Assembly (NCBI GenBank): GCA_963662465.1
Contig: OY759599.1
Coordinates: forward strand, 1,984,001-2,048,000
DNA length: 64,000 bases
Direction of reading: 5' to 3'
Source of the DNA: Desulfatiglandales bacterium
GTDB lineage: Bacteria; Desulfobacterota; DSM-4660; Desulfatiglandales; Desulfatiglandaceae
Numbering within the stretch: the first letter of the stretch is position 1; each line of letters starts with the position of its first letter. The translations under genes were made by a program, and so were the position numbers. Shown here in pieces: positions 9,904-19,670 of the stretch. The notes under the pieces are model-generated. The model worked only from the letters and a program-made list of their open reading frames with translations. It was not told the DNA's origin and searched no databases.

Positions 9904-10716
9904 TCAATATTCCATCGTTCCTTTACGCCTTTTCTCGGCGACGCTCAGCAAATAATCGTCTAGCGCTTTCATATATTCCGGATTTTTGGCCTGTGCACCC
10001 ATTGATTCCAGACCCGACCGATCGTCATCGGTCGTGATGACGAGTCTCTGATTTTCCGCGATGCCTGCGAGGATGCGCTCTGCCGAAACCTTTGGGGTGA
10101 TGGCGAAGTCAGGTGCCTGTCCCTGCCAAATAGCGGTCGCAACGGTCCCCGGAATAACAACTGAAAAACGAACGTTATCCTGCCAATATTCGGCACGCAA
10201 CGATAACGTAAAACTCACCAAAGCGGATTTTGTTGCTGCATACATGCTCTGGGCCGGGAACGGAGAAAACGCAATTCCGGACGCAGTATTGGCTATATGC
10301 CCGCCTCCCTGCGCGATCATTATCGGCAGTGCGGCGCGGACGCCGTAAAGAGGGCCATAGAAATTGACATCGAAGGCGAACTTCCAATCTTCGTTTGTCG
10401 TTTCACCAAACCATTTGGCTAGCCCGGCCCCCGCATTGTTAAAAAGCAGGTCAAGGTGCCCGCCGCCGATCTCAGCCGCACGCGCGACCATTGCTTGCAC
10501 GCTCTCTTCTTTTGTAACATCCGTCTTCACGGAAAAGACCTTGCCGGGATATGTACCTTTCAGACGTGCAATTTCCCTTTCTAAATTCTCCTCGTTGACG
10601 TCAGCCAGCACGACCGCCTTAGCATCCATGGCCAGCATTCCTTCGCACATCGCCAGTCCGATTCCCGACGCACCGCCCGTAACGGCCGCAACTTTATCTT
10701 TATAATATTCTTTCAT
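9904..10716 (-). CDS. SDR family oxidoreductase
   Basis: TGGASGIG, NNAG and YAATK. Confidence 0.92.
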   Translation of the reverse strand: MKEYYKDKVAAVTGGASGIGLAMCEGMLAMDAKAVVLADVNEENLEREIARLKGTYPGKVFSVKTDVTKEESVQAMVARAAEIGGGHLDLLFNNAGAGLAKWFGETTNEDWKFAFDVNFYGPLYGVRAALPIMIAQGGGHIANTASGIAFSPFPAQSMYAATKSALVSFTLSLRAEYWQDNVRFSVVIPGTVATAIWQGQAPDFAITPKVSAERILAGIAENQRLVITTDDDRSGLESMGAQAKNPEYMKALDDYLLSVAEKRRKGTMEY

Positions 10717-10784
10717 CCTCTTTGTCTCCTTTTCCCGTAAAGGACTTCGTCGATCTCCCATAGAATCCTGAAATGCAATTTTTC

Positions 10785-10813
10785 TTGACGTCCAGGTATG
10801 CCGACACTATATT
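10785..10813 (+). promoter_or_regulatory. Sigma70-like promoter
   Basis: TTGACG-17 nt-TATATT upstream of the 10872 ORF. Confidence 0.55.
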
Positions 10814-10871
10814 CTTTTACGCAAAAAAATAATTTCTATCAATTACTTTAAGCTCTTAACATTGAAATCAG

Positions 10872-12041
10872 GTGACAAAAAACAAACTTTTCAAAGAGGC
10901 TGACCTTTCACTCGAAGTCGTCATGCTCCTGTTTGCGGGAATGGTGATGCTCGTCCTCGGCCTGCTGCTGTTTCCTGTTTATGCAGGCATTCTCTCCTAC
11001 TATGAAAACGGTCTCTTCGGCCTTATGCTGGTCGTTTATGCCCTTCAGATCATATCCATGGGGAAGACACCATTTGGCGATATACGAAGATCCCGGACAG
11101 TCATTCTATTCGGCGTAATCATCGCCGCGGTAGGGATTGTCGCTTGTTTTATCCCGGACATCTTCGGAAACGTTCCTCGCATTCTTCTCATTATCTTCTT
11201 CGGGGCCGGCGGCCTCGTCCTTTTCCTCCAAATGCTCTTTGGTCAAAACAAATATCGGCTCTGGCGAGAATACGGAGGTATCTTCAATCACCTAATCCTT
11301 GCGTGTGGCGTGGTCTATCTCGTCCAGATATTGATTGCATTTTTGATTTTTGATCCAAACTTCCTTAGAGGCGCGCAGGTGGCAACCGCGGCTCTCCTTT
11401 ACGGGCTTGCACTTTTTTATCTCGCTTGTGTTTTGCAAAGAATCACATGGCGTTATCCTCCCACACAACAAAAACCGCCATCTGATGGCAGCCTCTCCAT
11501 GGACAACATTATTCTCCTGCTGATGGGTGTTTTCATGGTCCTTCTGGGTCTCCTGCTGCTTCCCGTAAACCTTGGTCTCCTCCCATTCTCGGGAAGCGCC
11601 CAGCTCGGGCTTCTGATGGTCATATTTGCCATCCAGATGCTGGCGCTCGGAAGCACCCCCATCGGGGCCTTTCCCAGGTCCTGGCTCATCGTTCTGCTCG
11701 GCTTTATCTTTGGGGCTCTTGGTGTTATATCATGCATCATTCCTGACATTCTCGTCATGCCGCTCACCCTCCTCGTCGGTCTCCTCAATATAGTTGCGGG
11801 TATCATTGGGATTGTAAAGGTCACCCTGAAAGCGAGGAAAACTGCTGAGCCAATTCCAACAACTCTTTTGAAGATCAATTCCGCCCTACTTGTCACAAAC
11901 ATTCTGACCATTCTTTTTGGAATGACAATGCTTTTCGCCGGTCTGATTCCAGGATTCATCATTGGAACGGTTCTTGCGGCAAACGGAGGCGTCCTGCTTT
12001 ACCTGCTCCATCAACTGGTATCTTTGGAAAAAACACAATGA
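10872..12041 (+). CDS. Polytopic membrane protein with an internal duplication, function unknown
   Basis: About 12 hydrophobic segments. Both halves share LS....LL..G..M..LGLLL.PV..G.L...GL....A.Q....G.TP.G...RS...C.IPDI. Confidence 0.8.
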   Translation: MTKNKLFKEADLSLEVVMLLFAGMVMLVLGLLLFPVYAGILSYYENGLFGLMLVVYALQIISMGKTPFGDIRRSRTVILFGVIIAAVGIVACFIPDIFGNVPRILLIIFFGAGGLVLFLQMLFGQNKYRLWREYGGIFNHLILACGVVYLVQILIAFLIFDPNFLRGAQVATAALLYGLALFYLACVLQRITWRYPPTQQKPPSDGSLSMDNIILLLMGVFMVLLGLLLLPVNLGLLPFSGSAQLGLLMVIFAIQMLALGSTPIGAFPRSWLIVLLGFIFGALGVISCIIPDILVMPLTLLVGLLNIVAGIIGIVKVTLKARKTAEPIPTTLLKINSALLVTNILTILFGMTMLFAGLIPGFIIGTVLAANGGVLLYLLHQLVSLEKTQ

Positions 12042-12163
12042 CGGAACATCATAGATGTTTTTTCGGTGGTCTCATTTTTTGGTTATTGTTGATTAAATTG
12101 AAGTACAGCTTACCTGCCCTACCCTGTCAATAAGGTGCATAGGGAGGCAAAAGGAGAACGGAT

Positions 12164-13018
12164 ATGGAAAATGATAGTCGGCATGACAACGATTTTTTTA
12201 AAGACAAAGTGGCGATAATCACGGGGGCGTCTACCGGCATAGGACTTGGTTTGAGTCGCGGCCTGCTCGAGCGGGGCGCGGAGGTGTATATGAGCAGCAG
12301 GACGCCAAAAAACATCGCCGCAGCTGCCGAATCTCTTCGGAAACACGGGGGGCGCGTCCATGCCCAGGTTGTGGATGTACGTGACGAAGATGCGGTTGAT
12401 AATTATATCGAATTCGTAGGGAGCAGGGGCCCAATCCACTACATCTTTTGCAATGCGGGCGTGGGCTTCGGCCAAGCGTTTACCACAACGAAAAGAGAGG
12501 ACTGGAATACGGTTTTCGACGTCAACCTGTTCGGCGTAGTAAACTGCGTGCATGCGGTCGTACCCATCATGATGAGACAGGGATACGGACATATTGTGAA
12601 CACCGCTTCCGTGTGCGGAATCGTGCCACTCCCTTATCAGACCGTTTATGCGGCCTCGAAGTATGCCGTCGTGGGCTTCGGGGAGGATTTGCGCTACGAG
12701 ATGTCCTTCCACAATATCAAGGTAACGACGGTCTGTCCCGGCGCGGTGGATACGATGATTTTCTACCGCTCTCTGGACTATAAGCTCCACATGGAACTGC
12801 CGAAGCCACCGGAAGCGATCAGCATCGATCAGGCTGCCGACGAAATTCTCACAGGTGTGGAGGCGGGACGAAATATCGTGCCCGTCGAGGACTTTGCGAG
12901 AAAGATGTACCATGCCATCGGCACGAACCCGTCGGAGGTCGAAGAGACGATGTGCCATTTAGCAAAATTGAGGCACGATGATCCGCAATATGCAATGGGC
13001 GATCCAACCATGGAATAA
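12164..13018 (+). CDS. SDR family oxidoreductase
   Basis: TGASTGIG, CNAG and YAASK; AGGAG RBS. Confidence 0.92.
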   Translation: MENDSRHDNDFFKDKVAIITGASTGIGLGLSRGLLERGAEVYMSSRTPKNIAAAAESLRKHGGRVHAQVVDVRDEDAVDNYIEFVGSRGPIHYIFCNAGVGFGQAFTTTKREDWNTVFDVNLFGVVNCVHAVVPIMMRQGYGHIVNTASVCGIVPLPYQTVYAASKYAVVGFGEDLRYEMSFHNIKVTTVCPGAVDTMIFYRSLDYKLHMELPKPPEAISIDQAADEILTGVEAGRNIVPVEDFARKMYHAIGTNPSEVEETMCHLAKLRHDDPQYAMGDPTME

Positions 13019-13561
13019 CCCTCTTTTCATGCTGACGGTACGGGTCAAAAGAAAACAAACCACCAAATGTGCGGCGAGCGCCCCTGATAGCTGAAGTTCA
13101 AGAATGCAGGCGGAATTTCATTGCCCCAATAGTGTGTGTTATCTTGACAATATCAAATTTATTTTGTGGGTTCAAAACCTGGCAATATGCTTTAGCTATC
13201 CATAAATGTGTTCAGGCATTGGAAGTTACATCGAAGAACCTTACGGCCACAACATATGGGGGTCGGTTGCTTTGTTGCGCACCCCGATCGCACGAAAGGG
13301 GTGTGTACATTAACCCAGCATGGCACATCCGCCAATTTCCTGCAAGGCTGGACAGCAATTCTAATTATGGTTTTTGAGATAGGCTGCGGTTTGTTTTTTT
13401 CGTTGCCATTCACGGACGGCGCATTCCCCTTGTTCCCATATTCTGCCCGGGAATAAGGGAAAAAACATTGATATCATTGATAATTATTTTTTTTACGGAC
13501 ATTTTTTTCATATAATGATAATAGATCCTGAACAAGAATACCTCATATTATTGGAAACAAA

Positions 13562-14015
13562 ATGTCCTCTGAAAAACAATCAAAGAAGAAATCTCAGCAG
13601 CTCAGTTTCGATAGTATGGTCAAATGCCTTCGATCCACGATGGCTGGTTTTCCTGATATACGAACAGGGTCCAACTGCCACTACAGCATTGAGGACGCAG
13701 CCTTGGGTGCATTTTCTATTTTTTTTACTCAAAGCCCTTCTTTCCTGGCATTTCAAAGCGATATGCAGAAAAATAAAGGAATAAGCAATGCCCAAACCCT
13801 GTTTAACATGGATGAAATTCCTTCTGATAACCACATTCGAAATTTGATGGATGAAGTTCCACCCTCCGAAGCATATCCGATGTTCCATTATGTATTTGAT
13901 GGAATAAAGGTTATTTCATTGCCCCCCGAGTTTATAACGCCTCAAGATGGACACCAAAAACAGGACTGTGAAAATGCTGCCGCGAAACGTTGGATAAAGC
14001 AGTATGCACCATTAT
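13562..14015 (+). pseudogene. Truncated, internally deleted transposase (ISNCY-like)
   Basis: FPDIRTGSN..YSIEDAALGAFSIFFTQSPSFL, PSDNHIR and PEFITPQDGHQKQDCE..AAKRW. The IDG-containing region and C-terminus are missing. Possible left end CAGCAATTCTAATT at ~13353. Confidence 0.75.
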
Positions 14016-14454
14016 ACTGTCGTCCAAAAAACTGTCAGTTCCATGCATCTCTCAAGCCTCAGTCCAACCCCTTCCCAACGATGATATCACAACCCTTCGG
14101 CTGCGGGAAATCGGTTGAGATACCATTTCGGCCAGAATAGTGGGATTGGCCTGATGAGACACAAAAATCAGTTTGAGCGATAATTCAGAGATGTGCACTC
14201 ATCACCGAGAAACGGTAGAATGATTTGCTTTATGATTTCAAATGGCATCACCTAATACAGAATTGAGGCGTCATATGGTTTGCGATAGAATTGTAGGGTG
14301 AATCCATATTGTGTGCTGTTGTTGAAGACGCAACCATAGGCATGCTGAGATCCGTACTGATGGTATAGAGTACGAACCCGTTCCATTGGTCAGTGTTGGT
14401 ATAACCGGTTTCCAGTAAGAATCAGAGCATACCAACACATCAATGCCTTCCAGA

Positions 14455-15630
14455 TTAGTGTGCCAGGTGTACCGTCAGCGTACAGCGATTTCCAGTCTGA
14501 GCATCAGGGTCAAACGGCGCTCGCGGAAGCGATGTAATGATCAGGGTTCTGGTTCCATCCGGGCCAAATGGAATGCGGGCATTGCCCCCTTTTAGGTCGA
14601 CGAAGTTCCCATCTGAATCCTTCGAAATCCCCGGCACCACCTGTACAATCCAGTCCACCGTTTGATCCAATGGTTCCACCAGCGAAAGTTCGAAAGATTT
14701 TTGTGAGGTATCCGTTTGTTCAATCTCCAAATACACACTGCCGAGCACCATCGGGGCCGGTTCTATCGGATATGAACCAGAAATGGCTTGAAGGGAGTTC
14801 ACACTTACACCTGACTCGGGCAGGAATGGAAGCTGCAACCACTCTGTCGGCAAGTGACGGAAATGCTTTCCGTCATCCCTCGGGCCGGTGTAATAACGCC
14901 ATCGTGCAAACGCAATCACCGAATCCATGAATGACTCACCCAACGGCGCAAGGATGGTATTCAGGCCATCAACCAGATTGGGACTATTGACCAAGAGATC
15001 GGGATGATTTCGAACTTTGAGCCACAGATCAGGCAAAAAGCCCTCGCTGCTCTCAAAATACCGGTCACGAATAAAACAAAAATAAAGAGCCGAACCATAC
15101 ATGTACCAGGTGCTGTAATCGTCATCCCAAAGCAGGCTCCAGTCCGGTCTGGATTGGAAATCCTCAATGCAGTAACTGCAGGCCGGGCCAAAAAATTGCT
15201 CAATATAGACGGACGTCATTTCAAAGGAGATGGCGATTTCATGCCAATCATTAGCAGCCTGTGTGGCATGGTTGAATTCATGCGCGATGGTTTGGCCCAG
15301 AATGTCTCCGCCATAGGGTCCCCAGGGATCCAGCAGCATAAAACTGGCGCGCCCGCCCCAGGGGGTAACGATATCCTCCGAAACGATATTCACCCAACAC
15401 TTCCGATGGCCTTCCCAGATAAAAACGTCGAAAGCGCCGTCAGGACCGCACAGACGTTCGTCGGAAGGCGGAGGTACATACCCCCATTCATCCACTTAAA
15501 CCTCCCAGGCGACTTCAAGATACGCTATAACTTCCCGCGCCATGGCCTCCTCGTTCGCGGTGCGATAGTGAACCATAAAGGGATACTTCTCTGACACAAG
15601 CGAAAACGGCCAATATTCAGGATGTTCACA
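14455..15630 (-). pseudogene. Inverted paralog of the 33986-35380 HExxH protein, 5'-truncated and carrying a nonsense mutation
   Basis: Near-identical protein from CEHPEYW to the end. GAA>TAA at 15496-15498 (WEV*VDEW vs WEVEVNEW). Confidence 0.9.
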
Positions 15631-15827
15631 TTCTCCTCCGTTTTGCACTCCATGAAAGAGGGACGTTATGAACCCTCTTTTTCTGGAAATGCCCCCTTGT
15701 TCCACTGGTTGCAGGTACACGCATTAGTACGGAAAATAAGAAAACCGAATACAATTTTGCGCCTGGTTTCCCTCCTCGGATTGAAAGATGATTTATTTTT
15801 AGAACTTTTCTTTAAAACAGCAGCCCA

Positions 15828-16760
15828 TTAAACAAAGGCAGTCTTTCGCCTGCGAATTGTTTTGACGGCTATTCCTGCTATAATCAGAGACAGAATAAAA
15901 ATACCCCACTCGCTCAAAGTGGGAACAGGAGTTGGTGCATCTGCCGTTACTGCCAATCCAATTGGGTTATTGCATCCTGCTATCCAGTTTTGGTCGACGT
16001 CTGAACCATCCAAATTGGCTCGACCTATGGTGCCATTATTGGTATTTGACCAGTATACATGTTTTGAATCGACGGCCAGTCCCTTTGGATTATTGCATCC
16101 CGATACCCAATTTTGGTTGGGACTGGAACCATCCAGATTGGCTCGACCTATCGCGCCATGGCTGTTTGACCAATATACATGTTTCGAATCGACAGCCAGC
16201 CCCTTTGGGGAAATGCACCCTGGTATCCAGTTTTGGTTGATGTTTGAGCCATCCAGGTTGGCTCGGCCTATCGTACCGGAAACACTATTGGCCCAGTAAA
16301 CATAATTTGAATCGACGGCAACCGCTTGTGGCTGACCTCCAAATATCCAGATCTGGTTGGGACTGGAACCATCCAGATTTGCGCGGCCTATACCATCAAC
16401 ATTTGCCCAGTATACATAATTTGAGTCAAGCGCCAAATCCGCTGGATAATTACACCCCGATATCCAGTTCTGGTTGGGGCTAGAGCCATCCAGGTTTGCG
16501 CGGCCTACACCGCCAGGACTATAAGTCCAGTAGACATAATTTGGATCGACCGCCACACCCCATGGTGTAAACCCCGACATCCAATTCTGGTTCGGACTGG
16601 AACCATCATGGTTCGCTCTACCTATGGCATCGCCGTATTCATTTGCCCAGTATACATAGGCCGAACACTTATCAGCAAGAACGGGTATAAACAACACCAG
16701 TGCCAAAAGGATTGTCAAACACAACGAAAAAAATCTTTTCTGAAAAGTCTCCACGATCAA
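15828..16760 (-). CDS. Secreted YWTD/LDL-receptor-class-B-like beta-propeller protein with IPTL-CTERM sorting tail
   Basis: Signal peptide; six ~41-aa repeats YVYW...IGRANLDGS..NQNW..GC..P..LAVD; C-terminal VPTLSEWG + transmembrane helix + RRRK. Confidence 0.85.
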   Translation of the reverse strand: MIVETFQKRFFSLCLTILLALVLFIPVLADKCSAYVYWANEYGDAIGRANHDGSSPNQNWMSGFTPWGVAVDPNYVYWTYSPGGVGRANLDGSSPNQNWISGCNYPADLALDSNYVYWANVDGIGRANLDGSSPNQIWIFGGQPQAVAVDSNYVYWANSVSGTIGRANLDGSNINQNWIPGCISPKGLAVDSKHVYWSNSHGAIGRANLDGSSPNQNWVSGCNNPKGLAVDSKHVYWSNTNNGTIGRANLDGSDVDQNWIAGCNNPIGLAVTADAPTPVPTLSEWGIFILSLIIAGIAVKTIRRRKTAFV

Positions 16761-17071
16761 TTCCTCCTCTACTGTCCCATTGCGAAATATTGCCTGAAAG
16801 AGACCTGGAAAATGGCAATATCACCCTAACAAACCAATACTACGTAGATGCCGGCCTGTCGCGTTTATGATATCCCCCACCACCATCCGCCCTCCGTTCA
16901 GAATTAAAGACTTTGGAAAAAATGAGTGCTCTGGGGAAGGCGGCCCCCTATGAGTTTCACCCAAGAAGCTGTAGATCCCGCAGGTACGCATTTTTATTCA
17001 CCCTCCATAGCAACATGAGCGCAGTCCACAAGTTGGACATCCCCTGAAAACAATAAGTTACGTCAGGAATA

Positions 17072-17300
17072 GCGGCCACTCGAATGCCTCGCACAGGAAC
17101 GTCGGAGCGAAAAGAAATTTTTCTGAAATTTTTCGTGGAAATCCCTCCGCTATCCATGGTTCCCGGCAGCACCTAGGTTTTTGTCCCATGGTGCGGCAAA
17201 AGCATGGATAAGCCTTGGCGGAGGCGGGCATCAGAGTGGCTGGTGGTCAGGCCCCCGTCAGGTTTTCTTTGGATGAAATCCTGTCGGTAACGCCGATTAG
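17072..17300. ncRNA. Candidate structured non-coding RNA or leader, family not recognised
   Basis: Nested complementary segments GCCACTC/GAGTGGC, ATGCC/GGCAT, CCTCCGC/GCGGAGG, TATCCATG/CATGGATA and GCACC/GGTGC, plus side hairpins. Confidence 0.5.
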
Positions 17301-17308
17301 TTAAAAAA

Positions 17309-17337
17309 TGTATATTTTACGCTTTCCGTTATGTCAA
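17309..17337 (-). promoter_or_regulatory. Sigma70-like promoter facing the structured region and the IPTL-CTERM gene
   Basis: TTGACA-17 nt-TATACA on the minus strand. Confidence 0.45.
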
Positions 17338-17595
17338 GGAAAAAAAGATACTGGTGTCTAAGGAGGTTCAGGCAATTTCGGGAAATGGCCCGACCTCTCA
17401 AATCCATGGCGCTTTCATCGGCCGGATAGTTGAGATAGAATCCAGAAATTCAACTATCCTGTGCCGTCAAAGCCAAGTAATATGCCTTACGTTCTTTGAG
17501 AAGGGTATTATCGCAGATTTGAAAATATTTCAGCCGCACTTTGACTCATCTCTTATGCCAAAAACCAAAATATCGTAAAGCTCAAAAAAGTTGTT

Positions 17596-17919
17596 TTATA
17601 ATGAAGAAAATTTCATTTCTCCATCCATGTCCGTAATCCATATATCCACCAAAAACCAGTTCGGAAGGACCTCTTTGGGAAAAATTCCGGCGGTATAAGT
17701 ATTTCCCGAATGGGTCGGCGAAAACAGCCGGCGCAAGCCGAAACGCACGGGAAAACCCACCAATCCAGCGTAACGCTGTCCCCAAACACAGGCGCTTTGA
17801 AACGCCGCATCCAAGGGAAAGAGCGAGCCCAGAGACCCTGAGAGATCGCCCAACGGCGCCGCGTAAACTGTGGCGACTTTCCCGGAAATGGCGACCCCGT
17901 CTTTCAGGTCAAAAAACAC
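17596..17919 (-). pseudogene. Fragment of a PKS-dehydratase-like (hot-dog) domain
   Basis: PLDAAFQSACVW...FPVRF...DIWITD pattern. No credible start; orphan fragment. Confidence 0.5.
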
Positions 17920-17946
17920 CTTAGCCCCAGCAGATGTGGGTTGAGA

Positions 17947-19647
17947 CTATTGACCTACTTTAAAATCCGCCCCTGCCTTCACTGTAACGCCTGTTTTAAA
18001 AGTAACCTTTAGGGCTTTTAATCTCACTCTGGCGCCACCCTCAACCGTTACATTCGAACCGAACGTGATGCTTGAAACGGCGCTGCATTCACAGTCAGCG
18101 CCCGGTTGATAGATGTAGTTGTCAATAAAGACATCACTCCCGACGCATGGCGGGCAGTCAGCAACAAGGGACTTGCTCGCCTCTCCGGTATTACCATAGC
18201 GCCCCATATTCACTCTGTTGCCGTTGGGCACGGGCTCATCGACAAAGGCGGATTGAGGATTTCCTTTGTCGATACAGGGACTCTGGTTCTGATCCAACAC
18301 CCATCCCCCCGCACCGCCGCCGGCCGCCGGATCCCATCGCCCCGTTGTGGATTGCAGGTGGTAGTCTTTGTTCGCCGAATTGGCGAAAAGGGGATTGGAA
18401 GAGAGGTTGCCCGTCCCTACAAGCGTTTCCGCTGAGTCCGTGTAGGTTACTGTAATTTTAGAGGTCGCATCTGCGTAGAAATCATCTCCGCCATTTCCCC
18501 AGAATATGGAATTCTGAACCGTGACAACGGAATAGTATTCCACCAGCAGGCCCTTGCCCCCGAATTGACCACATTCAGAACACAGGTTGTCTGCAATGGT
18601 GCAATGGCTCAGGGTGCAGGTCGATCCCATTTCGTCCCAAGCCCCATCGACATAAACGCCCGCGCCACCTCTTTCCTCGCATTCGTTGTTCTCGATCAAT
18701 TCGTGTTCCAGTATTGCACCGGCGCCATCGTCTATGAATACACCGCCCCCGGCGGAGGGGGCGTAATTTCCGCTGAAACGATTGTAGGAAAGCGCAGCAG
18801 ATGTTTCCTCACCAAAAACAACTACCCCACCGCCCCAGCCGTAGCCCAAACTCCGGCCCACTTCATTGTTCAGAAAGTCGTTGTGGGATATAACCACCGA
18901 GTTGCCCGAAATATACAATCCGCCGCCATGGTCTTCCACCGCCGTGTTCCCCTGAATGGTGTTGTTCCGAACAACAGCATCACCACCAGCAACGGCGATG
19001 CCGGCCCCGCGGCCGGCAAAATTATTTCTCACCAGGTTTCCGATAATCCGCACATTCGATGATTCCGACGCAATACCCCCTCCACGATCATCGAGACCCG
19101 TGTGCCGCGTGTCATTGCCTTCGATGGTGTTTCTGGAGAGGATCGGGGAACCGCCTGACACATACACTCCGCCACCCAGAGCACTCCATTCATCTGTAAA
19201 CCCGGTTCCACCCGTGATGCTAAATCCGTCAACAGTACTTGAGCCGGAATCTAAAAGTATAACCACCGCATTGGTCCCATCCCCCCGGATTCGGGTCACC
19301 TGGTTACCCGGATCCTGGGTATCAAAAATACCGCCGGTTCCGGCAGCATAATCGGCGGGAGTTCCACCGGTAAATCCTCCCAGAAGATGAACTATCACGG
19401 TATTTATGACGATATTCCCAGGGTAGTCGCCTTGCGCGACCCGGACCGTGTACTCGCTACCGCCTGTTGCCACGGCAATGGCATCCTGGATTGTGTTGTA
19501 AGGGTGTTTGGATGAGCCATCCTCAGTACCGGTGGTGTTATTTTTATCCACGAAAAATTCCCCGGCATTCACCAGGGCAGGCATGAACAAGAAAAACCCC
19601 AAAAGAGACAATCGCCACAGAACATAACACTTTCCATATCTAACCAT
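17947..19647 (-). CDS. Secreted right-handed parallel beta-helix protein with a choice-of-anchor-Q-like motif and a small Cys-containing C-terminal domain
   Basis: Signal peptide ending ALVNA; N.A...GGG repeats; NPLFA...DYHLQS...SPCIDKG...RVNMGRYG; RBS GGAGG before ATG 19647. Confidence 0.8.
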   Translation of the reverse strand: MVRYGKCYVLWRLSLLGFFLFMPALVNAGEFFVDKNNTTGTEDGSSKHPYNTIQDAIAVATGGSEYTVRVAQGDYPGNIVINTVIVHLLGGFTGGTPADYAAGTGGIFDTQDPGNQVTRIRGDGTNAVVILLDSGSSTVDGFSITGGTGFTDEWSALGGGVYVSGGSPILSRNTIEGNDTRHTGLDDRGGGIASESSNVRIIGNLVRNNFAGRGAGIAVAGGDAVVRNNTIQGNTAVEDHGGGLYISGNSVVISHNDFLNNEVGRSLGYGWGGGVVVFGEETSAALSYNRFSGNYAPSAGGGVFIDDGAGAILEHELIENNECEERGGAGVYVDGAWDEMGSTCTLSHCTIADNLCSECGQFGGKGLLVEYYSVVTVQNSIFWGNGGDDFYADATSKITVTYTDSAETLVGTGNLSSNPLFANSANKDYHLQSTTGRWDPAAGGGAGGWVLDQNQSPCIDKGNPQSAFVDEPVPNGNRVNMGRYGNTGEASKSLVADCPPCVGSDVFIDNYIYQPGADCECSAVSSITFGSNVTVEGGARVRLKALKVTFKTGVTVKAGADFKVGQ

Positions 19648-19670
19648 TTTTTTTGCCCTCCTTCTGTAAA

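Noticed and set aside
13069..13350. Group II intron start (GTGCG) or small ORFs
   Set aside because: No domain V/VI or RT nearby; the short ORFs have no recognisable motifs.
14151..14215. Hammerhead ribozyme (CTGATGAG ... GAAAC)
   Set aside because: TGATGAG pairs with CTCATCA as an ordinary stem, and GAAAC does not directly follow a stem II; stems I and III were not found.
15496..15498. Stop-codon read-through (Sec/Pyl) in the peptidase copy
   Set aside because: The codon is TAA, and the paralog has GAA (Glu): a simple nonsense mutation.
15940..16670. Regular ~123-nt repeats as a possible CRISPR array
   Set aside because: They are in-frame beta-propeller coding repeats with synonymous variation; no unique spacers or cas genes.
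17072..17300. c-di-GMP/cGAMP riboswitch or 6S RNA assignment
   Set aside because: GEMM core motifs are absent on both strands, and the branched pairing does not fit the 6S rod with a central bubble.
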